A stretch of DNA of 37,702 nucleotides from the IMG/VR virus record IMGVR_UViG_2657245588_000004; one strand, 5' to 3'. Below are positions 9,588-19,248 of the stretch, piece by piece. A program made the position numbers and the translations under genes. Position 1 is the first letter of the stretch, and every line of letters begins with the position of its first letter. Under the pieces are notes generated by a model, which saw only the letters and a program-made list of their open reading frames with translations, was not told the origin of the DNA and did no database searches. The DNA comes from a virus (lineage: Duplodnaviria; Heunggongvirae; Uroviricota; Caudoviricetes).

Positions 9588-9631
9588 CGTAGATCATGCA
9601 GGTGCATGAAAACCACTACATAAAGCGGGCA

Positions 9632-9650
9632 GGCGTGGCGGGGATACGAG
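9632..9650. other. Candidate cos cohesive-end sequence GGCGTGGCGGGGATACGAG
   Basis: First 13 nt match my recollection of the 186/P2 19-nt cohesive end (GGCGTGGCGGGGAAAGCAT for 186); recalled, not verified. Confidence 0.35.
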
Positions 9651-9736
9651 CGCGCGCAACTTGAGATAGTGTGATACTTATCTGAGAAATCTTAACAAGG
9701 TTCAATACAATACCCTTTCAAAAAAAGGGGAGTGTG

Positions 9737-10888
9737 ATGTTTGTAAAAAATAACTTTAATACAAATAATTTCGATGCGGAATTAGTTGAAGCGATTGGTA
9801 ATAGGCTGGAAAACAACCAATTTTCGGATGCAATACTTGCAGGAACCAAATATCTAACAACTTTGCTGCGTGAAAAAGGGCAATGTGAAGGGGATGGGGC
9901 TCAGCTTGTTGGTACTGTTTTGGGTGGACAATCACCTAGAATCCAAATTAATAGTCTTCAATCTGTATCAGAGCAGGACGAACAGCGCGGATTTGAAGCA
10001 CTATTAAGAGGCTACTATCAGTGTATAAGAAATCCAAGGACACATGACAATTTCCCTGATACAGAAGATTCCTGCATGAGAATATTGATCATGTTGGATA
10101 CTTTTATTAAGTATTTAAAAAGAGATGTTGCTGAGTTCGATTACACAGCAATTCTTGAAAGAATTTATGAGGTTCACTTTGTAAATAATTCTGATTATGC
10201 AGAAGCTTTAATATCACAAATTCCAGAAAAAAAACTACTAGATTTTTTCCAAAGTTTAATTTCTCGCTTTAATGAAAGGCCAACCAAGGAAATTGATTCT
10301 ATATTCAAAGCAATAAACCAACGCTTTTCAGGAGAGGAAGAAAAAGCCGCAATGCGGTTGCTAGGTGATGAGTTACGCAAGGCTAGCAATAATGTTGAGT
10401 TTGCTAATGTATTTAGAATAATTAAGCCGAGCGCATGGAGAAATCTTCCTGATGATGTTTTAATTAGAATGGAAAATATAATCATCGAAGAGTGCAAAAA
10501 AGGATATTTGGATTTCTATTCTGATGCGACCAAAGGAGCTATAGGAACATGGGGTAATACATTTGGTAGCAAATTTAAAAGAAGAGGTGATCTTGGTGAT
10601 GCTTTAATTGGATTGTTATATGATAGTTGGTATACGCAAAATTATGTTGCGAAATATTACGTTTTTTCAATCCCTTCTATCATTACTGATGATGTGAAAG
10701 TTAAGGAGTTAGCTGATGCTTTAGCTTATGCCACCATTGTAAATGGTGCTAAGCTTTTACGAACAAAATTGATTGATGCATGTAAAAATTATCCTGATAA
10801 GTTGAAAGAGCATCTTAGGGATGCTGTTCAGCAACGGATGGATAGTGATAAAAAATATGCGGAAGAATTATTAGGTCAAATAAGCTGA
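9737..10888 (+). CDS. Accessory protein with N-terminal HEPN-like region (Rx4H motif, TIGR02391/Ymh-like)
   Basis: 383 aa from ATG 9737 (track start 9734 is GTG); GGGGAG RBS; motif CIRNPRTHDNF (R-x4-H); visibly AT-rich; lies between candidate cos and portal gene. Confidence 0.65.
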   Translation: MFVKNNFNTNNFDAELVEAIGNRLENNQFSDAILAGTKYLTTLLREKGQCEGDGAQLVGTVLGGQSPRIQINSLQSVSEQDEQRGFEALLRGYYQCIRNPRTHDNFPDTEDSCMRILIMLDTFIKYLKRDVAEFDYTAILERIYEVHFVNNSDYAEALISQIPEKKLLDFFQSLISRFNERPTKEIDSIFKAINQRFSGEEEKAAMRLLGDELRKASNNVEFANVFRIIKPSAWRNLPDDVLIRMENIIIEECKKGYLDFYSDATKGAIGTWGNTFGSKFKRRGDLGDALIGLLYDSWYTQNYVAKYYVFSIPSIITDDVKVKELADALAYATIVNGAKLLRTKLIDACKNYPDKLKEHLRDAVQQRMDSDKKYAEELLGQIS

Positions 10889-10939
10889 TTATTATTTGCA
10901 CCTAATCTCACTTTCGATGTTAGGTGCATTTCTATATGC

Positions 10940-11974
10940 CTAATCTAATTCATATGAGGTAAATTTAACCAGTTCTTCATTAAGTCCAATCCATGAGTTA
11001 ATTTCAGATATTCTGTGTTGTAGCGGAATTAACTCATTCCTGACAAAAACCTTACTAGCCTTTTCAACATCCCCAAACCCGCCAACATTACTAGGCATAA
11101 TCCCCATCATCTGCGGCGGTACACGGTGCGCTGCCATCATGTCATCCCGGCTCACGTTCTTGATGTTAAGAAACTCATCTTTTGCCGCCACCTCTGACAG
11201 CGGGATGATCTGAATCCCGTCTTTCTTTCCGTTGGGTGAGTACATAAACAAGTTGCGGAAGTTGCCCGGCCCTTTGGCGCTTTTCATCGCATTGCGGAGG
11301 TTGTTCACATCCTCCTGGTTCTGCGCGGCATCGGTCATGTACATGATGAAGCCTGCATGACTACCGTTAATGTAATATTTGCGGCGGAACAGCGTGGCGG
11401 ACTCGTTGAGCAAAGCGGATGGGATGGCAGAAAGATAGCCGGGCAGGCCGTAGATCTCCTGATTAATATCTGGTTCCATCAGATGAAAAATGCTGCCTTT
11501 CGTGAACTGATATGGCTGGGTTGTCATACCGTATTGCACAAACCAGTAGGTATCCAGGTCTAACCCGCGTCGGGTATATTTTGCCAGGGCAGGCTCAAGG
11601 GCGATAACTTCACCGAAGCGGTTCGTGCGTTTCTCCAGGTAGGCGTTACCAAATACCAGGTAGTCCTGCACAAAACGTGAAAAAGCCTGCTGGCTGAGCA
11701 GCGGGTGAGGGATATAGGTACTGGTCAGAATGTTGCACTTTACTGCAATCGGGGAACTGTGATGCACGGCAGCGCGGAAGGTGCGCGCCAGTCCGTCAAA
11801 GCTGACGGGCGGCTCATACCAACGGTCCATCTGTACGCATTCCACATAATCCAGCAGTTCTCGGCGGTCCAGAACAGGAACGGGATCGCCGAAGCTGAAT
11901 GCTTCGGCTGTAGTTTGACTTTTAAGCTGGATCTGTTTCGTCGCCGCAGCGCGGTTCTTCTTACTCTTTCCCAT
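10940..11974 (-). CDS. Q: Portal protein (P2 gpQ-like)
   Basis: 344 aa from ATG 11974 (track start 11977 is TTG); start overlaps terminase stop; leftward Q-P pair. Confidence 0.85.
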   Translation of the reverse strand: MGKSKKNRAAATKQIQLKSQTTAEAFSFGDPVPVLDRRELLDYVECVQMDRWYEPPVSFDGLARTFRAAVHHSSPIAVKCNILTSTYIPHPLLSQQAFSRFVQDYLVFGNAYLEKRTNRFGEVIALEPALAKYTRRGLDLDTYWFVQYGMTTQPYQFTKGSIFHLMEPDINQEIYGLPGYLSAIPSALLNESATLFRRKYYINGSHAGFIMYMTDAAQNQEDVNNLRNAMKSAKGPGNFRNLFMYSPNGKKDGIQIIPLSEVAAKDEFLNIKNVSRDDMMAAHRVPPQMMGIMPSNVGGFGDVEKASKVFVRNELIPLQHRISEINSWIGLNEELVKFTSYELD

Positions 11975-13740
11975 CAAAAAATCTCCACAATATTGCTGGT
12001 ATTGGCGGATTCGCCCTGCAGCGGTTCGTTAAACAGTGCGTGCATTGTTGCCCAGGCCAGATCGGCATGGCTGGCTTCTTCGCTGCGGCTGGCTTCATAG
12101 GTTGGGCGGTTGCCGCTGGCGGTGGTGGCGCGACGGATTGCCATAAATGACTGCGCTATGTCGGTGTGTCCGGCGTCAAACTCCAGACGACGGTGACTGA
12201 TAATGTCGTAGGCCTTGAGTACCAGGGCGTTTTTAACGTTGGGGTTGTAGACAAACTCCCGGACGGCTGGAAAAAACGCTTTCACGTTCTCGTAAACCCC
12301 GTGGCCGACACCTGTCGAGTCGATGCCGATGTAGGTCACGTTGTACTGTTCGGTCAGTTTTTTGATGGCGTCAGCCTGGGCGCGAAAGTCCATTCCGCGC
12401 CACTGGTGACGCTCAAGAATGCGGAACTTGCCGCCCGGCACGGCTGGCGGTGCCACCACCACGCATCCGGCGCTGTCGCCATTCTGCGTACCTTTCGCCG
12501 GGTCATAACCGATCCATACTTCGCGCCAGCCAAACGGGCGCAGGGCCAGTGCATGAAAGTCAGTCCAGACTTCCCAGCTGTCTACCATGCACGCCTGCAG
12601 CTCGCTGAGCGGGAACACGGACGCGAGATCGTCCACAAACTCGCACATCAGCAGGTTCTGGTATTCGTCCGGGCTGTACTCCATGCGCAACTGGTCAAGG
12701 TCGAACAGGTTACAGCCGCCGCGCACCGCATCTTCCACGGTGACTATCTGGCGGTATTGCCCGTCTGCGCACAGCAGGCCGGGGGCCAGATTGCTGTGGG
12801 ACAGGTCGATGTCCACCTTATCGGCTTTGTTGCGCCCACGGTTGAACAGCGCACCGGACCAGAACGGATAAGCACTGTGTGTCAGGCTGGATGGCGTGGA
12901 AAAATAGGTTTGTCGCCATTTTTTGTGAATAGCCATACCGGAAGCCACTTTGCGCAGCTCCTGGAATTTCGGTATCCAGAAATATTCATCCAGATACAGG
13001 TTGCCGTGGTAACTCTGGGCCGTGCGGGCATTGGTGCCGAGGAAGTAAAGCGTGGCCCCGTTGGGAAGCACCATCGGATCGCCTTTCAGCTCCACCTCCA
13101 CTTCTTTGGCGAAGTCGATGATGTACTGCTTAAAGACGTGGGCCTGTGCCTTACTGGCAGAAAGGAAAATCTGGTTACGTCCGGTAAGCAGGGCGTCAAT
13201 CAGGGCTTCACGGGCAAAATAGAAGGTCGCGCCGATCTGGCGTGACTTCAGCAGGTTGCGGATGCGGTTGGTTTTTCCGGCTTCCCACCAGTGGCGCTGG
13301 TAGTTGAACATGGAGGAATGGAAAATTTCTTCCAGCTTCTCAATCTGTTCATCGGTGAAAACATTCTTTTCAGGCTGACGGCGTGGGCCTTTGTTGCGGT
13401 TGGCGACGTTAGGGTTTAAGTCAGCTTCGTTGCCGCCATTGTTAAACTTGCCGATCCGCGCGTGGCGCTCCGACTGGCGCGCCAGCAGGTCAATCTCTTT
13501 GAAATCTTTCCCTTCTTTGTGCTCCTTCATGATGAGCTGGCAGTAGCGTGCGGCGGTGGTGAGCTGCATCTGATCCAGCGGCCCATAGTCACCCCACTTG
13601 TCGCGTTTTTTCCAGCTGTGAACGGTTGCAACTTTCTCGCCCAGCATTTCAGCAATGCGGGCTACGCGGTATCCCTGAAAGTACAGCAGCATGGCCTGCC
13701 GACGGGGATCGAGATCTGCGGGTGTCAGTGTGGTGTTCAT
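11974..13740 (-). CDS. P: Terminase large subunit / ATPase (P2 gpP-like)
   Basis: 588 aa; size and position divergent from the capsid operon; assignment by P2 synteny. Confidence 0.85.
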   Translation of the reverse strand: MNTTLTPADLDPRRQAMLLYFQGYRVARIAEMLGEKVATVHSWKKRDKWGDYGPLDQMQLTTAARYCQLIMKEHKEGKDFKEIDLLARQSERHARIGKFNNGGNEADLNPNVANRNKGPRRQPEKNVFTDEQIEKLEEIFHSSMFNYQRHWWEAGKTNRIRNLLKSRQIGATFYFAREALIDALLTGRNQIFLSASKAQAHVFKQYIIDFAKEVEVELKGDPMVLPNGATLYFLGTNARTAQSYHGNLYLDEYFWIPKFQELRKVASGMAIHKKWRQTYFSTPSSLTHSAYPFWSGALFNRGRNKADKVDIDLSHSNLAPGLLCADGQYRQIVTVEDAVRGGCNLFDLDQLRMEYSPDEYQNLLMCEFVDDLASVFPLSELQACMVDSWEVWTDFHALALRPFGWREVWIGYDPAKGTQNGDSAGCVVVAPPAVPGGKFRILERHQWRGMDFRAQADAIKKLTEQYNVTYIGIDSTGVGHGVYENVKAFFPAVREFVYNPNVKNALVLKAYDIISHRRLEFDAGHTDIAQSFMAIRRATTASGNRPTYEASRSEEASHADLAWATMHALFNEPLQGESANTSNIVEIF

Positions 13741-13786
13741 GGCACAAACCTACAACCTTGAATGAAGGCTTTCCCCGCCTGCGGTT

Positions 13787-13804
13787 TGTGTGGTTGTCGG
13801 TACA
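13787..13804. promoter_or_regulatory. TGT-N12-ACA dyad, candidate Ogr-type late activator site in the P/O divergent region
   Basis: TGTgtggttgtcggtACA read directly, about 90 bp upstream of O; the consensus is recalled P2 late-promoter knowledge. Confidence 0.45.
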
Positions 13805-13882
13805 AATACCGCGCATTGTTTCACTGCCCCCATCACCGCAACCATAAGGCTCCAGTAAGTTTTTTCTAACGGAGCACGGCTC

Positions 13883-14716
13883 ATGACAGTGAAAGCAAAG
13901 CGTTTTCGCATCGGGGTGGAAGGTGCCACCACCGACGGACGCGAAATCCAGCGTGAATGGCTGGAACAGATGGCAGCCAGCTACAACCCGGCGGTGTATA
14001 CCGCGCTGATTAACCTTGAGCACATCAAGTCTTATCTGCCGGACAGCACCTTTAACCGCTACGGTAAGGTGACGGCGCTGTTTGCTGAAGAAATCACGGA
14101 AGGTCCGCTGGCAGGCAAGATGGCGCTGTATGCCGACGTTGAGCCAACGGAGTCCCTGGTGGAACTGGTGAAAAAAGGCCAGAAATTATTCACCTCTATG
14201 GAAGTCAGCCCGAAGTTTGCTGATACGGGCAAAGCCTACCTGGTCGGCCTGGCAGCCACTGATGACCCTGCCAGTCTGGGCACTGAAATGCTGACATTCA
14301 GCGCCAGTGCAGCCCATAACCCGCTGGCAAACCGCAAGCAGAATCCCGCCAATCTCTTTACAGCCGCAGAGGAAACGGTGATCGAACTGGAAGAAATCCA
14401 GGAGGACAAGCCGTCCCTGTTTGCCCGTGTCACGGCGCTGTTCACCAAAAAAGAGCAGTCCGATGACGCCCGGTTCTCTGATGTGCATAAGGCCGTGGAA
14501 CTGGTCGCCACTGAGCAGCAGAACCTGAGTGCGCGCACCGAAAAATCCCTGTCTGAGCAGGAAGAGCGCCTGTCTGAGCTGGAGACAGCCCTGCAGGCAC
14601 AGCAGACCGCCTTTAACGAACTGGTGGACAAGCTGAGCCAAGAAGACAGCCGCCAGGACTACCGCCAGCGTGCAACAGGCGGTAACGCCCCCGCTGACAC
14701 TCTGACCAATTGCTGA
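13883..14716 (+). CDS. O: Capsid scaffolding protein (gpO-like)
   Basis: 277 aa; first gene of rightward capsid operon; acidic/coiled C-terminal half. Confidence 0.8.
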   Translation: MTVKAKRFRIGVEGATTDGREIQREWLEQMAASYNPAVYTALINLEHIKSYLPDSTFNRYGKVTALFAEEITEGPLAGKMALYADVEPTESLVELVKKGQKLFTSMEVSPKFADTGKAYLVGLAATDDPASLGTEMLTFSASAAHNPLANRKQNPANLFTAAEETVIELEEIQEDKPSLFARVTALFTKKEQSDDARFSDVHKAVELVATEQQNLSARTEKSLSEQEERLSELETALQAQQTAFNELVDKLSQEDSRQDYRQRATGGNAPADTLTNC

Positions 14717-14732
14717 TGGAGCACAAAACCTG

Positions 14733-15788
14733 ATGAAGAAGAATACCCGCTTTGCTTTTAACGCTTACCTGCAGCAACTGGCGCGTCTGAACGGTGTGGC
14801 AGTTGAAGAACTGTCCAGCAAGTTCACCGTAGAGCCGTCCGTGCAGCAGACATTGGAAGACCAGATCCAGCAGTCCGCCGCTTTCCTGACGCTGATTAAC
14901 GTCACGCCAGTGACTGAGCAGTCCGGTCAGCTGCTGGGGTTGGGAGTTGGCAGCACCATTGCCGGAACCACTGATACCACCGCGAAAGAGCGTGAACCTG
15001 TCGATCCGACGCTGATGGTCGATGTGGAATATAAATGCGAGCAGACCAACTTTGACACGGTGCTGACCTACGCGAAGCTGGACCTGTGGGCGAAGTTTCA
15101 GGATTTTCAGGTGCGTATCCGTGACGCCATCGTGAAACGTCAGGCACTGGACCGCATCATGATCGGCTTTAACGGCGTGAAGCGTGCGAAAACCTCCAAC
15201 CGTAGCGAAAACCCGCTGCTGCAGGATGTGAATAAAGGCTGGCTGCAGAAAATCCGTGAGGATGCACCGGATCACGTCATGGGCAGCACCACCACGGGCG
15301 GTGAAACCACACCGGGCGCGGTGAAAGTCGGTAAAGGTGGCGAATATGCCAACCTGGACGCCGTGGTGATGGATGCCGTTAATGAGCTTATCGACGTGGT
15401 CTACCAGGACGATGACGATCTGGTGGTGATTTGCGGTCGTGAACTGTTGTCTGATAAGTATTTCCCGCTGGTCAACAAAGAGCAGGAAAACAGTGAAAAA
15501 CTGGCTGCCGATATGATCATCAGCCAGAAACGCATGGGTGGCCTGCAGGCCGTGCGTGCGCCGTTCTTCCCGCCGAATGCGCTGCTGATCACCCGTCTGG
15601 ATAACCTGTCCATCTACTGGCAGGAAGACACCCGCCGCCGTTCAGTTATCGACAACCCGAAACGTGACCGGATTGAAAACTTTGAATCCGTTAACGAAGC
15701 CTATGTGGTTGAGGACTACCGCTGCGCAGCACTGGTGGAAAACATCCAGATTGGCGACTTCAGCACCGCCGCAGAAGCCGGAGCATAA
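14733..15788 (+). CDS. N: Major capsid protein (gpN-like)
   Basis: 351 aa; position and size as in P2. Confidence 0.85.
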   Translation: MKKNTRFAFNAYLQQLARLNGVAVEELSSKFTVEPSVQQTLEDQIQQSAAFLTLINVTPVTEQSGQLLGLGVGSTIAGTTDTTAKEREPVDPTLMVDVEYKCEQTNFDTVLTYAKLDLWAKFQDFQVRIRDAIVKRQALDRIMIGFNGVKRAKTSNRSENPLLQDVNKGWLQKIREDAPDHVMGSTTTGGETTPGAVKVGKGGEYANLDAVVMDAVNELIDVVYQDDDDLVVICGRELLSDKYFPLVNKEQENSEKLAADMIISQKRMGGLQAVRAPFFPPNALLITRLDNLSIYWQEDTRRRSVIDNPKRDRIENFESVNEAYVVEDYRCAALVENIQIGDFSTAAEAGA

Positions 15789-15791
15789 ACC

Positions 15792-16442
15792 ATGAGCCTG
15801 AGTCCCGCACGGCAGCATCGCCTGCGCGTTCAGGCTGAACAGGCCGCCCGCGAGGGCGGCAGTGTTCGCCACGCGTCGGGCTATGACCTGATGCTACTGC
15901 AACTGGCGGAAGACCGCCGCCGTCTCAAGGGCGTTCAGTCCACGGTCAAAAAAGCGGAAATCAAAGTGGAGCTGCTGCCGAAGTACGCCGCCTGGGCGGA
16001 GGGTGTCCTGGCTGCCGGAGGCGCACAGCAGGATGACGTGCTGATGTACGTGATGCTGTGGCGCATTGATGCCGGAGATTATGCCGGGGCGCTGGAGATC
16101 GGGCGTCATGCCCTGCGTCATGGCTGGGTGATGCCGCTGGGTAACCGCAACGTGCAGACCGTGCTGGCAGAGGAAATGGCAGACGCAGCGCAGAGCGCAA
16201 TGCTTGCCGCCATCGGCTTTGATGCTGATCTGTTGCTGCAGACGCTGGAACTGACAGACGATCTGGATATGCCGGACCAGTCACGGGCGCGTCTGCATAA
16301 AGCGATTGGCGCAGTCCTGAGTGAAAGCAATCCGGCTTCCGCCCTTAATCATCTCAACCATGCGTTACAGCTCGATCCCCGCTGTGGCGTGAAAAAAGAC
16401 AAACAGCAGCTGGAGCGCAGACTGCGCAATGACAGCCGCTGA
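15792..16442 (+). CDS. M: Terminase small/endonuclease subunit (gpM-like)
   Basis: 216 aa; synteny O-N-M. Confidence 0.8.
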   Translation: MSLSPARQHRLRVQAEQAAREGGSVRHASGYDLMLLQLAEDRRRLKGVQSTVKKAEIKVELLPKYAAWAEGVLAAGGAQQDDVLMYVMLWRIDAGDYAGALEIGRHALRHGWVMPLGNRNVQTVLAEEMADAAQSAMLAAIGFDADLLLQTLELTDDLDMPDQSRARLHKAIGAVLSESNPASALNHLNHALQLDPRCGVKKDKQQLERRLRNDSR

Positions 16443-16537
16443 CAGAACGTGCCCCCGCGCACGGGCGGCACGGGGTGGCGAAAGGCTCTGCCACATCAAA
16501 ACCCCGTCCACCGCCCTTTATTTCAGGAGAAAGCAGC

Positions 16538-17002
16538 ATGAAGTTTGTTGCGCCAGAACAGGCACCGGAACAGGCGGAAATCATCAGAAATACGCCGTTC
16601 TGGCCTGATGTGGACCTGTCGGAGTTTCGCAGTGTGATGCGCACTGACGGCACGGTGACGCAGCCGCGTTTAAAGCAGGTTGCGCTGTCGGCAATTTCGG
16701 AGGTCAACGCAGAGCTGTATGAGTTTCGCAGACGTCAGCAGATGCTGGGGTATGCGTCGCTGGCTGAGGTTCCGGCGGAACAGTTGGACGGCAAAAGTGA
16801 GCGCATTCAGCACTATTTCAACGCGGTTTACTGCTGGGCACGCGCCATGCTCAACGAGCGTTATCAGGACTATGACGCCACGGCGTCCGGTGTGAAGCGA
16901 GGCGAGGAACTGGCGGAAGCAAGCGGTGATTTGTGGCGTGACGCCCGCTGGGCCATCAGCCGGGTGCAGGATGCGCCGCACTGCACAGTGGAGCTTATCT
17001 GA
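16538..17002 (+). CDS. L: Head completion protein (gpL-like)
   Basis: ATG 16538 with AGGAGA upstream (track start 16475 is GTG); stop overlaps X start. Confidence 0.75.
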   Translation: MKFVAPEQAPEQAEIIRNTPFWPDVDLSEFRSVMRTDGTVTQPRLKQVALSAISEVNAELYEFRRRQQMLGYASLAEVPAEQLDGKSERIQHYFNAVYCWARAMLNERYQDYDATASGVKRGEELAEASGDLWRDARWAISRVQDAPHCTVELI

Positions 17003-17205
17003 TGAAAGTGCGTGCGCATCAGTATGACACGGTGGACGCGCTTTGCTGGCGTCATTACGGGCGCACGCAGGGTGTCACGGAGCAGGTACTGAAGGCAAAT
17101 CCGGGGCTTGCCGAATACGGCCCCTTTTTACCTCACGGGCTGCAGGTGGAGCTGCCGGACATTCCGGCAACCACCACCGTGCAGACCGTCCAGCTATGGG
17201 ACTGA
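17002..17205 (+). CDS. X: Tail protein X-like
   Basis: 67 aa; synteny. Confidence 0.7.
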   Translation: MKVRAHQYDTVDALCWRHYGRTQGVTEQVLKANPGLAEYGPFLPHGLQVELPDIPATTTVQTVQLWD

Positions 17206-17208
17206 ATT

Positions 17209-17424
17209 ATGACGCTTGAGCGAATCAGCGCCTTTATCACGTATTGCATCGCCGTCGTGCTGGCCTGGCTGGGCGATTTGTCCATCAAGGATATCTCAAC
17301 GCTGGGCGGCCTGATGATTGGTGTGCTGATGCTGGCTATCAACTGGTACTACAAACACAAAGCCTACCAGCTTCTGCGCGACGGGCAGATCTCGCGGGAG
17401 GACTATGAATCCATCAGTCGTTAA
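17209..17424 (+). CDS. Holin-like small membrane protein
   Basis: 71 aa with two hydrophobic segments and charged C-terminus; directly upstream of endolysin. Confidence 0.65.
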   Translation: MTLERISAFITYCIAVVLAWLGDLSIKDISTLGGLMIGVLMLAINWYYKHKAYQLLRDGQISREDYESISR

Positions 17425-17917
17425 ACGCTGCCTTGTCGGGGCCGTGCTGGCTATTGCTGCCACGCTGCCGGGCTTTCAGCAGCTTCATACGTCCGTGGAA
17501 GGGCTGAAACTGATTGCCGATTACGAAGGCTGTCGTCTGCAGCCGTATCAGTGCAGCGCGGGTGTCTGGACTGACGGCATTGGTAATACATCGGGCGTCA
17601 TTCCCGGCAAAACAATCACGGAACGACAGGCAGCAGAAGGGCTGATCTCCAACGTGCTGCGTGTGGAGCGGGCACTGGAAAGGTGTGTGAAGCAACAGCC
17701 ACCACAGAAGGTGTATGACGCTACGGTGTCGTTTGCCTTCAACGTGGGAACTAGCAATGCCTGCAGTTCCACACTGGTGAAATTGCTCAATCAGCGGCGC
17801 TGGGCGGATGCGTGCCGACAGTTACCGCGCTGGGTTTATGTGAAAGGTGTGTTTAATCAGGGGCTGGATAACCGCCGTGCGCGGGAGATGGCCTGGTGTT
17901 TACAGGGAGCAAACTGA
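17405..17917 (+). CDS. K: Endolysin, phage lysozyme (gpK-like)
   Basis: 170 aa; Glu-8aa-Asp-5aa-Thr spacing around EGLKL...DGIGNT typical of T4/lambda-type lysozymes; overlaps holin. Confidence 0.8.
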   Translation: MNPSVVKRCLVGAVLAIAATLPGFQQLHTSVEGLKLIADYEGCRLQPYQCSAGVWTDGIGNTSGVIPGKTITERQAAEGLISNVLRVERALERCVKQQPPQKVYDATVSFAFNVGTSNACSSTLVKLLNQRRWADACRQLPRWVYVKGVFNQGLDNRRAREMAWCLQGAN

Positions 17918-17918
17918 A

Positions 17919-18296
17919 ATGAAAAAGAAATTAATCAGCGGGCTGTTTCTGATGTTATGGATGGCGCTGTTAATTGCAGCAATGGTGTATCCGCAGGGGA
18001 TTTTTCCGGTACTGGCAGCGTCCGGCGTTTGGGTAGCCTGTTTACTGACATGGGCGGTAATTCCGGTAGCACTGGCTGCGTTAATTAAGAATGGCTCGCT
18101 CTGGCAGGAGTTGAGGGCATCTTTGCTGAAGACCATTACCCGAAAAGAAAACGTATTTATCAGCTGGGTGATGCGATTGCTGATTGTCGTAAGTCTCGCC
18201 TGGACGGGGTGGGCTATTACCCTGGTCTTTTATCTACTGACCGTTATTGCCTTCTGGATCACCCGTAATCAGATGGCGCAACAGGTAGCAGCATGA
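17919..18296 (+). CDS. LysA-like membrane protein (lysis timing)
   Basis: ATG 17919; multiple hydrophobic helices. Confidence 0.55.
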   Translation: MKKKLISGLFLMLWMALLIAAMVYPQGIFPVLAASGVWVACLLTWAVIPVALAALIKNGSLWQELRASLLKTITRKENVFISWVMRLLIVVSLAWTGWAITLVFYLLTVIAFWITRNQMAQQVAA

Positions 18297-18721
18297 ACCG
18301 GTTGCTGCTGGTTGTGCTGGCGTTATTACTGGCGGCGCTGGGCTGGCAGACGTGGCGGCTGGCTGATGCCAGCCAGACCATCAGCACGCAGGCAGACGAG
18401 CTGCAGAGCAAAAGTCAGGCACTGGCAAAGAGCAACAGCCAGCTTATCAGCCTGTCCATTCTGACTGAAACTAATAACCGGGAGCAGGCGCGGCTCTATG
18501 CCGAAGCAGAACAGACCAGCGCACAGCTGAGACAACGACAACGCCGGATCGAAGAACTGAAACGTGAGAACGAGGATTTACGCCGCTGGGCTGATACTCC
18601 TTTGCCTGTTGACATTATCCGGCTGCGGGAACGTCCGGCACTCACCGGAGGTGCAGCTTACCGTCAGTGGTTGTCCGCGAGTGACGCCGTGTCGGCTGGA
18701 TCAGACAGCGCCGCGCACTAA
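18293..18721 (+). CDS. LysB-like i-spanin (Rz-like)
   Basis: N-terminal TM helix then coiled-coil rich in Q/E/R. Confidence 0.65.
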   Translation: MNRLLLVVLALLLAALGWQTWRLADASQTISTQADELQSKSQALAKSNSQLISLSILTETNNREQARLYAEAEQTSAQLRQRQRRIEELKRENEDLRRWADTPLPVDIIRLRERPALTGGAAYRQWLSASDAVSAGSDSAAH

Positions 18722-18851
18722 CGGTGATCTGAACGCATTGCTGGATGAAACGGAGGCCGCCTGGGCGGTCTGTGCAGACAAAGTGGACATGATTATTGCG
18801 TGTCAGGAGCGAAACAGTGAACAAACCACAATCCCTGCGCCACGCCCTTAA
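18564..18851 (+). CDS. LysC-like o-spanin lipoprotein embedded in the +1 frame of lysB
   Basis: Lipobox LTLSGC near N-terminus; GTG start; overlaps lysB end and R start. Confidence 0.45.
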   Translation: MRTRIYAAGLILLCLLTLSGCGNVRHSPEVQLTVSGCPRVTPCRLDQTAPRTNGDLNALLDETEAAWAVCADKVDMIIACQERNSEQTTIPAPRP

Positions 18852-19248
18852 TAAAGCAGTGCCTTATGTCCGTAATAACCCGGACAAACTGCATCTGTTT
18901 GTGGATAACGGTTCGCTGGTTGCCACGGGGGCCAGCTCCATGTCATGGGAGTACCGCTACACCCTGAACGTGGTGATAGAGGATTTCAGTGGTGACCAGA
19001 ATCTGTTGATGGCCCCGGTTTTGCTGTGGCTGCGTGATAACCAGCCCGATGCCATCAATAATCCCGCTTTACGGGAAAAGTTATTCACCTTTGAGGTGGA
19101 TATTCTGCGCAACGATGTCTGTGATATCAGCCTTAACCTGCAACTGACGGAACGTGTGCTGGTCAGCACTGACGGCACAGTGTCCAGCGTTGAAGCTGTA
19201 GCGGAACCCGATGAACCTGAAGAAATGTGGACGGTGAAACGTGGCTGA
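18817..19248 (+). CDS. R: Tail completion protein (gpR-like)
   Basis: GTG 18817 preceded by AGGAG; synteny. Confidence 0.7.
   Translation: MNKPQSLRHALNKAVPYVRNNPDKLHLFVDNGSLVATGASSMSWEYRYTLNVVIEDFSGDQNLLMAPVLLWLRDNQPDAINNPALREKLFTFEVDILRNDVCDISLNLQLTERVLVSTDGTVSSVEAVAEPDEPEEMWTVKRG

Noticed and set aside
12166-13245. 359-aa plus-strand ORF antisense to the terminase large subunit gene
   Set aside because: Lies entirely inside a well-supported minus-strand gene; the translation is low-complexity and Gly/Ala/Val/Arg-rich, typical of antisense frames in GC-rich coding DNA.
14186-15275. Several minus-strand ORFs (151, 131, 220 aa) within the scaffold and capsid genes
   Set aside because: Mutually overlapping antisense frames inside conserved capsid genes; no RBS or motifs.
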